A DNA stretch of 64,000 nucleotides from assembly GCA_028534125.1 (NCBI GenBank), contig CM052816.1, positions 26,414,001 through 26,478,000 on the forward strand. Reading direction: 5' to 3'. The stretch is from Lama glama. Taxonomy: Eukaryota. Positions 52,176 to 64,000 of this stretch are shown here, piece after piece; the first letter of the stretch is position 1; each line of letters opens with the position of its first letter. A model generated the notes under the pieces. The model did no database searches and was not told where the DNA came from. It worked only from the letters and a program-made list of their open reading frames with translations. The translations under genes and the position numbers were made by a program.

Positions 52176-53869
52176 TATAAAATAGACATTCCAATGGATA
52201 CAAAAAAAATTGAAAAAATAAAGAACTTAAGAATAATGAAATGGATATATAGAAGTAGAGAAATATGGAATCCAGATTTTAAAAACTGTGGTGATACGAT
52301 TATAGCATACCCTGTAATGTTATAAACCTTGGCATTGCAGTATTCAGAACTACTAAAATCCAGGAGGTAAGGAAGAAAGAATGATAGGGAAATTTTAATG
52401 TGCTAATGTCCAAATGTCAACATCTTTCATAGCAGGTCAGGATAAATATTGTCTGAAGTTTAAGAATTTGACTTTTAAAATGAACTCTAATCCCTTCAGG
52501 TTTTTTATATACTCTTTTTCCTTGAATCATGTACTTGTGTTTCAGAAATTAATTCATGATTATTTTTCATTTTTCAGTTAAATTTTTTTCATGCTTTTAG
52601 AATTAATATATAGTTTTCATAAATCTTGATTGCTCTATTTATATATCCTTTTATCTATATATATAATTGCTCATCAAATTACTTCATTGTAATATCTAGG
52701 TGGTGGTTTTTGGTTATTTAAAATTTTTATTTTATATAAAATTATGTTTCATGTTTAATAATGTCATTAATAAAATCATTATTCCTTTTGTATAAAAACC
52801 AAAAATAATAATTATCTTTAGCCCTTTATTATCACCCCTGCCAAATATAGTATATATTGCTTTAGATTTGTCAACAATCTTTTTTTTTTTAATAACATGA
52901 GTAATGTTACTGACTTCTATAAAATTGATTGGTTGCATTTGGGTTTGAACTATTTATTTATGTAATGCAATATATTTAACTAAGTGACTCCAGAGAATTT
53001 ATGGGGGAAAAATTACCTTAAAAATGAAAGTTAAATCAATAACAGAGCATACCAGTGCAAGAGAAAGGGCTTTTCCTAATTATCATCTATGAGTTGGTTA
53101 TAGGAATTAACTTATTATTAAACAGTTTTTATTGTAATCAGTTCACAAATGCTGATAGAGTTTAAAATAAAGCTAATAAAAAATTTAAATGATTATTTTA
53201 GTGAAAATAAATAGTACTACACCCAGTGATCTGGGAAAAGATTATGTGTAGCTCTAAGAAAGAAAAGATTATTTAATCTTAGACTATTGCCATACCTACT
53301 CCAGTCTAACATCTTTAAATGAAATAAACACATCTTTCTCTAAGCAACTCTAAATTCTGAAATCAAAGCATATGTAAAATAGTACTCTCTTGTGTGTTTT
53401 TTCCATGACATTTATCCTGGTATATCTTGTCAGTAAACATTTATAAGGTATAGTGAATCATTGACATACATTAATCTCCCAGGAGTATATTAATGGGAGT
53501 CGCAATGATGAATATATACCGTACTTTCGATTGCTGACTCAATCCTATGAGAAAACTGGACAAAATTAAGTTCTGAATACAGATGATACAGTGTATCAGG
53601 AAGAGTCTGCAGATCTACCACTCCCCAAAATCCTTTCCAAAGGAAATAGATGGAGAAGATTCTTTGTTTTGTTCCATGTAATTCTGCTTCCCTAATCATT
53701 ACTGGTAGATCAGACATGGGGGCCTGCCTGTGACATTGTTTAGCACCAGAGCTCTGTTGATTGGGGAAAAATCGAAATTAGAGATTGATTTATTCAATAT
53801 TTCATTGATTTTTGAGATCCTGCTAAGTGCCAAATGCTCTTTCAGGGAGCTGGTAACTAACACAGCGTT

Positions 53870-54180
53870 TAGCCCAATTAGAGACAGGCTCAACCCTCAT
53901 GAATCTTACACTTTAGTAAGAGAAATAGTAAGCTACAAATATGTCAAAATGTGTCCTTGTCACAGAAGATTATAGGGAGGACATAGTCATAGTGAAAGGG
54001 AGGACTGGTGGAATGTTACTTCTTAGAGAAAGTGACATTTGAGTTGATATCTGAAGGAGTAGAAGTAGTTAAGTAGGTGAAATCACAGGGGTATAGGTAA
54101 TAGTCAAAGGCAAAAGCATTGCTGAATGAAAACACATAATGGACAAAATAGCAGAAAATGAGAGAGACCAGGAATGATGT
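53870..54180 (-). mobile_element. L2 fragment
   Basis: 'ccctcatgaatcttacacttt', 'gagaaagtgacatttgagttgatatctgaagga'. Confidence 0.7.
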
Positions 54181-55065
54181 TCATGAAGCCGCAATATTCA
54201 ATGACCAGGAAGATTTGGGGTCTGAAAAATTAGTCTACAAAGGAGTAGCCAAAGATGTAGATGGAAACCCATGAAGATGAGTAAAAAATCATCACCTTTA
54301 TTTTGAAAATGGATAGTGTTTGGAAGGGTAAGAGGCCAAAATACGCAGAGAAGCAAACAATCTCCCAGGCTGGAAAACCATGCACAAGTTACAAAGAGGA
54401 GAGGCATAAAGAGAAGTTTTATTGGAAATGTCTGAATCAGACAGAGAGAGAGTCACCCAAAGATCAAGGCAACAAATGTTGGCTGCTGAGGCCAATGGCA
54501 TTATACAATCACTGAAGATAAAATATATTTTAAACAATATCCCATTTTCTGAACAGCATTGTAATCTCAGAGCACCTGGATATGTAACAGTTGAAATTAT
54601 TTCTTGTCTTTCTTACTTTCCTGTGTATCCTTACTGTAAATACCTTTCAGCTGAGGTGACTCAAGCATATCTATTTTCTAGCAACATGAAAGGTCCAAAC
54701 TAGCACATCTACAAAGTGTAGGCTTAATAGAATCAAGTGCTAGCTCATCGTGGTACAGAACTACAGGAAATTGTTCTTGCTCTTAAGTCTATGATGTACT
54801 TGAGAAAAAAAGCAAATTACAAAAACTATGAAAGAACCTTTAAGAGTGTGATTTTAAAGTGAAACAAATTGTAAGAGTAATAGATTATATCAGATTGCCT
54901 CAAAATATGGTCAAAAAATGGGCCATGCTTCAAATATGGATTAGATAAGTCAGAAGTGGAAAGGGGAGGCACATAGAGAGGGACTTAGCTTAGCTTGTAG
55001 CACTTACGATAGGATGGTACAGCATTAGTCCCTAAAATTCTGCTCATTAAAATACTCCATTTACG

Positions 55066-56940
55066 AGATTTTTGGTCAAGATGGCAGAGTGGTAGGACCA
55101 CGAGCTTACCTCTCCTCATGACTACAGCAAGACTGCAGCTGAATGCTAAACAATCATCAAAAAAAGACTGGAACCTAGCAAAAAAGATCTTCTGCAACTG
55201 GAAACATGAAGAGGGAACCACAGCAGGATGGTAGGAGGGGCGTTCTCACCGTATAATTGGGCCCCATACCCCTCGGGTGCGTGACCCACAAGCTGAAGAT
55301 TTGTTAAGTCGCAGAGGCCCTCCCACAAGAGTGAGAGCTCTAAGCACCACATCAGGCTCCCCAGCTCTGGTCCCAGCATTGAGAAGAGAAGGAGACCCCC
55401 ATGACATCTGGTTTTGAAGGCCAAGGGATGCTTGGCTCTGGGGGCCTCATAGGAATGGGGAAACAGACTCCATTTGTTTGAGAAGTGTACATGGAAAGTC
55501 ACGTGCACCAGGTTCAAGGGCAGAGGCAGTGATTTCATAGGAATCTGGGCCAGACCTGCCTGCTGGATTTGGAGAGTTTCCTGAGGTCATGGGGGATGGC
55601 TGCAGCTCACTCAAGGGACATAAAAGGTGGTGGCAGACATTCTGGGGGTGTTAATCTACATGAGCTTTCCTGGAGGCTGATATATTGATTGGATCAGTAG
55701 CACCAAGACCTAGCCCCACCCAGCAGCCTGTAGGGAAGCCTCAGGCCAAACAACCTACAGGGTGGGAACACAGGCACACCCATCATCAGACTGCCTAAGC
55801 CTCAAAGGCCTCTAGACACAGCCCTTACCACCAGAGGTCCAGGACCAAGCTTCACCCAGCAGTGGGCAGGCACCGCTCCTCCTGCCAGGAAACCTGCATA
55901 AGCCTCTAGTCCAGACTCATCCACCATGGGAAGATACTAGAAATAAGAAAACAATAATCCCAAAGTGTGTGGAAGGAATCTACAAACACATAGAAAGATA
56001 GATGATATAAGGCAGCAAAGGAATATCTCCCAGGCCAAGGCACAAGATAAAATCTCAGAAGAAGAAATTGGTGATGAGAAGGTAGGCAATTTATCTGAGA
56101 AAGAGTTTAAAGTAATGATGGCCAACATGTTCAGAGAACTCAAGAGGAGTATAGATGCACAGAGCAAAGTTTTTAGCAAAGAGTTGGAAAATATAAAGAA
56201 TACTCAGAATTGAAGAAGAAAATCATGAAATGAATAACACACTAGAAGGAACCAAGGATAGACAAAATGAGGCAGAAGAATGGAACAGTGAGCTAGAAAA
56301 CAGATTACTGGAAATCACTACTTCAGAACAGGAAAAAGAAAAAAAGAATGAAAAGAAATGAGCATAGTTTAAGAGAACCCTACGACAACATGAAGCACAG
56401 TAATATTCACATTATAGGAATCCCAGAAAGAGAAGAGAGAGAGGAAAGGACTTGAGAAAATTTTTGGAGAGATGACCACTGAAAACTTCCCTAACTTGGG
56501 AAAGGGAACAGTCACCCAAGTCCAGGAAGCACAGAGAGTTCCACACAGGTCAATCCAGAGAGGAACACACCAAGGCACATAGTCCTCAAATTGACAACAA
56601 TTAAGGATAAGGAGAAAATATTAAAATTACATAACAAGGGAACTCTCATAAGGTTATCAGCTGATTTTTCAGCAGAAACTCTACAGGCCAGAAGGAAGTG
56701 GCATGATAGATTTAAAGCAATGCAAGGGGAAAACTTACAACCAAGAATACTTTATCCAGCAAGGCTCTCATTCAGGCTTGATGGAGAAATCAAAAGCTTC
56801 ACAGATAAACAAAAGCTAAAAGATTTCAGCACCACCAAACCAGCTTTGCAACAAATGTTAAAGGGTCTTCTCTAGTCATCAAACCATAAGAAAAGAGAAA
56901 AAAATAAAAAGGAAAAAATAAAAACAAGAGACTTGCAAAA
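55066..56940 (+). mobile_element. LINE-1 5' UTR plus disrupted ORF1 and A-rich spacer
   Basis: GC-rich 5' UTR starting near 'caagatggc'; ORF1p pieces RQQRNISQAK..NLSEKEFKVM and IRLSADFSAETLQARR..LQPRILYPARLSF..EIKSFTDKQKLK..TTKPALQQMLKGLL, split by stops and frameshifts. Confidence 0.95.
55077..55085 (+). promoter_or_regulatory. YY1-type motif at the L1 5' end
   Basis: CAAGATGGC at the start of the 5' UTR, the known position of the YY1 site in mammalian L1 promoters; activity unknown. Confidence 0.6.
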
Positions 56941-57304
56941 GATTACTTTGGCTGTTGGGGATCTTTTGTGTTCCTTATAAATTCTGGAATTGTTTGTTCT
57001 AGTTCTGTGAGGAATGTTGCGAGTATTTTGATGGGGGTTGCATTGGATCTGTGGGTTGCTTTGGGTAGTGTGGCCATTTTGATAGTGTTGATTCTTCCAG
57101 TCCAAGAAATCTTTCCATTTCTTTGTGTCATTTCAGTTTTCAGAGTATAGGTAACCTCCTTGGCTAAGTTTATTTCTAGGTATTCTGTTGTTTTTGATGT
57201 AATGGAAATGTCTCTGCGAGTTATAAAATTCTGGTTTTTGAAGTGGGAAAAAAAAGTGAATGAAGGGCCGCAAATGGCAAATTTCCTTTTTTATGGGTGA
57301 GTTG

Positions 57305-57356
<52 letters not shown>

Positions 57357-57465
57357 CATCTTCATTATCTATTCAACTATTGATGTGCACTTAGGATGCT
57401 TCCGTATTTTGGCAATTATAAATGTTGCCATTAATAGCAGGGTATATGTATCTTTTTGAATTAAT
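56941..57465 (-). mobile_element. Two antisense LINE-1 pieces: ORF2 fragment 56941-~57210 and 3'-region fragment ~57270-57465
   Basis: ORF 56943-57131(-) gives WTGRINTIKMATLPKATHRSNATPIKI..FLTELEQ (ORF2p); second piece 'gcaaatggcaaatttcc...cacttaggatgcttcc'. Confidence 0.85.
57309..57355. repeat. (AC)~23 microsatellite
   Basis: Seen directly. Confidence 0.97.
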
Positions 57466-57569
57466 TCTTATCTTGTGGTTGGCTTTATTCCTTTGGTAAC
57501 TATGTAAGTTTAAAAAGCTAAAGCTCTAAACATTCTTAGAAACAATGAACAGTACATATATGTAAATTA

Positions 57570-58120
57570 AAAAATATATGTGCAGTAAAAAATGATTTAT
57601 CAAGCCATGAAAGACATGGAAGAAACTTAAAAGACACATTAGTAAGTGAAAGAAGCCAGTCTGAAAAGGCTACAAACAGTACAATTCCAACGAAATGACA
57701 TTCTGGAAAAGGCACAGCTACAGAAACAATAAAAAAGATCGTGGTTTCCAGGGGTTTGGGGAGAGGGAGCGAGGGAGGAATGAATAGATGGAGCACACGG
57801 GATTTTTAGAGCAATGAAATTGCTCTGTATGATACTATAGTGGTGGCTACATGTCATTATGCATTTATCAAAACCCATAAAATGTACAGCATCAAGAGTG
57901 AACCCTAATGTAAACTATGGACTTTTGTTGATAATAATGTGCCCATGTTGTTTCATCGATTGTACCAAATATGCCACACTGATGAGGGATGTTGAGGGTA
58001 GGGGGGTTATATATGTGTGGATAGGGAGGGCTTTATGTGAACTCTGCATTTTCTGCTCAATTCTGTTGTGAACCTGAAACTGCTCTAAAAGAATAAATCT
58101 ATTAAAAATTTTTGAAAAGA
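57570..58120 (+). mobile_element. L1MC1/L1MC2-like 3' UTR
   Basis: 'aagccatgaaagacatgga', 'aagtgaaagaagccagtctgaaaaggctaca', 'gagtgaaccctaatgtaaactatggact', A-rich end. Confidence 0.9.
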
Positions 58121-60278
58121 CCCAATATTGTAGATTAGTATGAAGGAGAATAGTGAAAAGAGCACTTGGGGCTCTTTAAAATGAGTCAAATATAAAGATT
58201 TTAAAGGACAAAAAAATACTCAATTTACAGCTTTGAACTGTATCAGTAATCTCATAAAGATACCATGAAACAAAACTTATGCAGCAGGAATACCATGAGA
58301 AAACTGCCTTCTTCATGTTGTCAGGGTTATGAGTTCAGTCAGAACCAACACTACAGGAAGATAAATGATCTGAAATATTCACATACTTTTTTATGTTGAT
58401 GATTTTTAAATTTATTTTTATTTAAGTACAGTTGACTTACATTTTGTGTTTCAGGGGTACAACATAGTGATTCAGATTATTATAAGATGTTGAACAAAGT
58501 TCCCTGTGCTGTGTAGTAGGTCCTTGTTGTTTATGTGTTTTATATATAGCAATGTGTTTATTGTTAATCCTGGACTCCTAATTTATGCCTCCTCCCACCA
58601 CCCTTCTTCCTTTTGGTATATGTAGTTTGTTTTTCTGTCTATGAGTCTATATCCAGTTTGTAAAGAAGTTCATTTGTATCATTTTTTTTAGATTCCACAT
58701 ATAAGTGGATAAATGATATCATATGGTATTTGTCTTTCTCTGTCTGATGTACTTTACTTAATAATCTCTGCATACATCTTTGTTGCTACAAATGGCATTA
58801 TTTTCATTCTTTTTTATGGCTGAGTAATATTCTGTTGTATATATAGACTACATTTTCTTTATGCATTCATCTTTTAGCTTGTTTCTATATTTGCTACTAT
58901 AGATAGAGCTGCTATGAACATGGTGGTGCAGGTATCTTTTTGAATTAGAGTTTTCTGCAAATATATGCCCAGGAGTTTATTCCTGGATTTTCTATCCAGT
59001 TCCATTGATCTGTGTGTCTGTTTTTGTGCCAGTACCATACTGTTTTGATTACTGTAGCTTTGTAGTATACTCTGAAGTCAGGGAGTATGATTCCTCCTGC
59101 TCCATCCTTCTTTCTCAAGATTGTTTTGGCTATTTAGGGTCTTTTGTGTTTTTATACAAATTTTAAATTTTTTGTTCCAGTTCTGTGAAAAGGAGTTGCA
59201 TTGCATCTGTATATTGCCTTGGGTAATATTGTCATTTTAACAATATTGATTCTTCAAGTCCAAGAGCACTGTATATCTTTCTATCTGTTTCATCTTCAGT
59301 TTCTTTCATCAGTGTTACATAGTTTTGGGAGTACAGGTCTTTTGCCATCCTGGGTAAGTTTATTCCTAGGTGTTTTATTCTTTTTGATGTGATGGAAAAT
59401 GGGATTGTTTCCTTAATTTCTTTTTCAGATATTTCATTATTAGTGTATAGAAATGCAACAGATTTCTCTATATTAATTTTGTATTCTGTAGCTGTACCAA
59501 ATTCAGTGAAAACTCTAGCAGTTTTCTGGTAGCATCTTTAGGATTTTCTGTGTATAGTATTATGTTATCTGCAAACAGTGACAGTTGTACTTCTTCTTTT
59601 CCAATTTGGATTCCTTTTATTTCCTTTTCTTCTCAGATTGCCGTGGCTAGGACTTTCAAAACTATGTTGAATAAAAGTGGCAAGAGTGGGCATCCTTGTC
59701 CTTTTCCTCATCTTAAACGAAATATTTTCAGGTTTTCACCATTGAGTATCATGTTATCTGTGAGTTTGTCACATATGGCTTTTATTATGTTGAAGTATAG
59801 TCCCTCTATGCCCACTTTCTGGAGAGTTTTTATCATAACTAGGTGTTGAATTTTATCAAAAGCTTTTTTTGCATCTATGGAGATGATCATACAGTTTTTA
59901 TTCTTCAACTTGTTAATGTGGTGTATCACACTGATTACTTTGCAGATACTGAAAAATCGTTGCATCCTTGGAATAAACGCCACTCAATCATGGTGTATGA
60001 TTCTTTTCATGTTTGTTGGATTTGATTTGCTTATATTTTGTTGAGGATTCTTGCATCTATATTCATAAGTGATATTGGCCTGTAATTTTCTTTTTTGTGG
60101 TATCTTTCTCTGGTTTTGGTATCAGGGTGATGGTAACCTCATAGAATGAGTTCAGAAGTGTTCCTTCCTCTGCAGTTCTTTGAAATAGTTCCAGAAGGAT
60201 AGGCATTAACTCGTCTCTAAATGTTTGATAGAATTCACCTGTGAAGCCACCTGGTCCTTGGGCTTTTGTTTCTTGGAA

Positions 60279-62698
60279 TTTTTTTTAACATTATTTTATT
60301 GAGTTATAGTCATTTTACAATGTTGTGTTAAATTCCAGTGTAGAGCACAATTTTTCAGTTATACGTGAACATACATATATTCATTGTCACTTTTTTTCAC
60401 TGTGAGCTACCACAAGATCTTAACATATATTTCCCTGTGCTGTACAGTATAATCTTGTTTATCTATTCTGCATATGCCTGTCAGTATCTACAAATTTTGA
60501 AATCCCAGTCTGTCTCTTCCCACCCTCCTCCCCCCTTGGCAACCACAAGTTTGCATTCTATGTCTATGGGTCTGTTTCTGTCTTATATTTATGTGGGGGG
60601 GTTTTGTTTGTTTGTTTGTTTAGATTCCACATATGAGTGATTTCATATGATATTTTTCTTTCTCTTTCTGGCTTACTTCACTTAGAATGGCATTCTCCAA
60701 GGACATCCATGTTGCTGCAAATAGCATTATGTTGTCATTTTTATGGCTAAATAGTATTCCATTGTGTACATATACCACCTCTTCTTTATCCAGTCATCTT
60801 TTGATGGACATTTAGGCTGTGTCCATGTCTTGGCTATTGTAAATAGTGCTGCTATGAACATTGGGGTGCAGAAGTCATTTTGAAATAGGGTTCCTTCTGG
60901 ATAGATGCCCAGTAGTGCAATTCCTGGGTCCTATGGTAAGTCTGTTCCCAGTCTTTTGAGGAATCTCCATACTGTTTTCCACAGTGGCTGCACCAAACTG
61001 CATTCCCACCAGCACTGTAAGAGGGTTTCCTTTTCTCCACAGCCTCTCCAGCATTTGTCATTTGTGGACTTTTGAATGATGACCAGTCAGGCTGGTTTTG
61101 ATTTGCATTTCTCTGATAATTAGTGATATTGAGCATTTTTTCATGTGCCTATTGATCGTATGTCTTCCTTGGAGAATTTCGTGTTTAGGTCTTCTGCCCA
61201 TTTTTGGATTGGGTTGTTTGGTTTTTTCTTATTATGTCCTATGCGCTACTTATGTATTCTGGAGATCAAGCCTTTGTTGGTTTCATCTTTTGCAAAAATT
61301 TTCTCCCATTCCATAGGTTGTCATTTTGTTTTACTTATGTTTTCCTTTGCTGTGCAGAAGCTTGTAAGTCTAATAAGGTCCTATTTGTTTATTCTTACTT
61401 TTATTACTATTGCTTGGGTAGACTGCCCTAGGAGAACACTTTTGAGATGTATGTCAGNNNNNNNNNNNNNNNNNNNNNNNNNNNNNNNNNNNNNNNNNNN
61501 NNNNNNNNNNNNNNNNNNNNNNNNNNNNNNNNNNNNNNNNNNNNNNNNNNNNNNNNNATATTCTTGCCTCCTTTGTCAAAGATTAGTTGACCCAAAGTTT
61601 GTGGGTTCATTTCTGGCCTGTCTATTCTGTGCCATTGGTCCATATGTCTGTTTTTGTACCAGTACCATGCTGTCTTGATGACTGTAGCTCGATAGTATTG
61701 TCTGAAGTCTGGGAGAGTTATTCCTCAAGCCTCTTTCTTTTTCTTCAGGAATGCTTTGGCAATTCTAGGTCTTTTGTGGTTCCATATAAATTGTATTATG
61801 ATTTGTTCTAGTTCTGTGAAATATGTCCTGGGTAATTTGATAGGGATTGCATTAAATCTGTAGATTGCCTTGGGCAGTGTGACCATTTTAACAATATTGA
61901 TTTTTCCAATCCAGGAGCATGGGATATCTTTCCATTTTTTTAAGTCTTCTTTAATTTCCTTAATCAGTGTTTTATAGTTTTCCGTGTATAAGTCTTTTAC
62001 CTCCTTGGTTAGATTTATTCCTAAGTATTTTATTACTTTGGGTGCTATTTTAAAGGGGATTGTTTCTTTACTTTCTTTTTCTGTTGAGTCTTGTTAGTGT
62101 AAAGAAATGCCACTGATTTTTGTACGTTTATCTTATAACCTGCTACCTTGCTGAATTCTTCGATTAGTTCTAGTAGTTTTTGTGTGGAACTTTTAGGGTT
62201 TTCTATATGTAGTGTCATGTTGTCGGCATATAGTGACACTCTCACCTCTTTTCCAATTTGGATCCCTTTTATTTTTCTCTCTTGCCTGATTGCTGTGGCT
62301 AGGACTTCTAAGACTATGTTGAATAGGAGTGGTGAGAGTGGGCAGGCTTGCATTGTCCCAGATTTTAGTGGGAAGCTTTTGAGTTTTTCACCGTTGAGTA
62401 CTATGTTGGCTGTAGGTTTGTCACATATAGCTTTTATGATGTTGAGATATGTTCCCTCTATACCCACTGTGGTGAGAGTTTTTATCATAAATGGGTATTG
62501 AATTTTATCAAATGCTTTTTCTGCATCTATTGAGATGACCATGTGATTTTTGTCCTTTCTCTTGTTAATGTGATGTATTACATTGATTGATTTGCATATG
62601 TTGAACCACCCTTGTGTCCCTGGGATGAACCCTACTTGATCATGATGTATCATCTTTTTTATGTGCTAGGATTCTATTTGCTAATATTTTGGTAAGGA
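60279..62698 (-). mobile_element. Younger nested 5'-truncated LINE-1
   Basis: Has its own 3' end at 60279; a 202-aa open RT segment 62045-62653 ([41 protein letters not shown]); flanked by ttcttggaa at 60270-60278 and 62699-62707. Confidence 0.95.
61458..61557. other. Assembly gap (100 N placeholder) inside an L1
   Basis: Exactly 100 N, with colinear L1 sequence on both sides. Confidence 0.99.
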
Positions 62699-63829
62699 TT
62701 CTTGGAAAGTTTTTAATTACTAATTCTGTTTTATTATTGGTAATTGTTCTGTTCATACTTTTTGATTTCTTCCCTTTTCAATCTTGGGATATTGTGCCTT
62801 TCTAAGAATTTGTCCATTTCTTCTAGATTGCCCATTTTATTTGTGTATAGTTGCTTATAGTAGCCTCTTATGATCCTTTGTATGCCTGTGGCATTGATTG
62901 TAAATTCTCCTTCTTCATTTCTGATTTTATTGATATGGCCCACCCCCCTTTTTTCATGAAGAGTCTGGCTAAAGGTTTATCAATTTTGTTTATCTTTTCA
63001 GAGAATCAGCTTTTAGTTTCATTTATCTTTTCTGTTGTTTTTTAGGCTCTATTTCATTTATTTCTGCTCTAATCTTTATGATTTCTCTCTTTCTACTAAC
63101 TTTGGGCTTTGTTCTTTTTTCTCAAGCTGCTTTAAGTGTAAGGTTATGTTGTTTATTTGAGATTTTTCTTGTTTCCTGGGGTAAGCTTGTATCTCTGTAA
63201 ACTTCCCTCTTACAAGTGCTTTTGCTGCATCCTGTAGGTTTTGGATCATTGTGTTTTCATTTTGATTTGTCTCTAAATATTTATTTTAATTTCTTCTTTG
63301 ATTTATTCAGTGATCCATTGGTTGTTTAATAGCATATTGTTTAGCCTCCACCCGTGTGTGTTTTTTGCATTTTTTTTCCTGTAGTTGATTTCTAATATCA
63401 TAGCATTGTGGTTGGATAAGATGCTAGATATGACATCAGTTTTCTTACATTCACTGAAGCTTGCTTTGTGGCCCAGTATGTAATCTATCTGGAGAATGTT
63501 CCATGTGCACTTGAGAAGAGTGTGTATCCTTCCACTTTCAGATAGAATGCGCTATCAATATCAGTTAAGTCCATCTGGTCTAATGTGTCATTTAAGGCCT
63601 GTGTTTCCTTATGATTTTCTGTCTGGATGATCTTTCCATTGATGTAAGTGGGGTTCACATATGTTTTTAATGATTTTAAGATCAACCCTATCTATTTTTG
63701 TTAGTTGAAAATGACTTTTATCAGCTGAGGGGAGTGCTGAACTTTTGTTGCTTTTGATGTATTCATATTTCTCCTTTTTAAAGTTACTATTACCCCTGAT
63801 ACTGAATATATATTTAGACTTGCGAGCAC

Positions 63830-63950
63830 AGACAATCATACTGTCAGCTAGCTAGGGATCTTTGAAGTCATCTAGTCCTAACTGTAACCCATTTCTCTTT
63901 ATGTAAAAGTATAAGTTTGTAAGATCTAAGGGATTTGCGATCTACACAGT
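63830..63950 (-). mobile_element. MIR-family fragment
   Basis: 'agggatctttgaagtcatctagtccta...ctaagggatttgcgatctacacag'. Confidence 0.5.
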
Positions 63951-64000
63951 GAAATTTACTAATAGATTTTGGTGTTTATTTTATACATATGTGGGCCATT

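Larger units (their letters stand above)
58393..63653 (-). mobile_element. 5'-truncated LINE-1 (host element) interrupted by a younger L1 at 60279-62698
   Basis: 3' end near 58400; ORF2p pieces ([64 protein letters not shown]) are colinear across the insert; probable TSD ttcacata+T-run at 58378 and 63654. Confidence 0.93.

Noticed and set aside
53483..53570. Acceptor-like site followed by EYINGSRNDEYIPYFRLLTQSYEKTGQN*
   Set aside because: Weak pyrimidine tract, unrecognised peptide and an early stop.
61145..61678. 177-aa ORF
   Set aside because: Artefact of reading through the 100-N gap in antisense L1.
62045..62653. 202-aa reverse transcriptase ORF as a functional or novel RT system
   Set aside because: It is ordinary L1 ORF2 in a 5'-truncated copy; the catalytic YADD motif reads YADN and the surrounding frame is broken.
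1..64000. The many 60-130 aa ORFs in the supplied track as genes
   Set aside because: Most lie in L1/L2/LTR debris (often the Phe/Leu-rich antisense frame of L1), many start at TTG/GTG, and none outside L1 resembles a protein I recognise.

Overview
AT-rich, repeat-dense placental-mammal DNA, either intronic or intergenic. It is not prokaryotic, and I see no CRISPR array, rRNA, tRNA or operon. Much of the window is recognisable transposon debris: LINE-1 of several ages, L2, L3/CR1, MIR, MLT1 and MER21 LTRs, and MER2/MER5/MER8 DNA transposons. There are also microsatellites and a 100-N assembly gap. I could not recognise any host protein-coding exon. The only protein similarity I can support is to broken L1 ORF1p and ORF2p. 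Artiodactyl-style L1 3' ends with no lineage-specific SINEs suggest a camelid (inference). The most interesting points are retrotransposition architectures: a twin-primed inverted L1, a nested L1 with two sets of target-site duplications, a ~60-bp L1 insertion with an apparent 3' transduction, an ORF1-only L1, and an unexplained 40-bp duplication at an L1 breakpoint. There is also a weak candidate for a spliced minus-strand noncoding transcript. I found no convincing evidence of a new biological system. Repeat boundaries are approximate, and subfamily names come from remembered consensus motifs, not from a database search.
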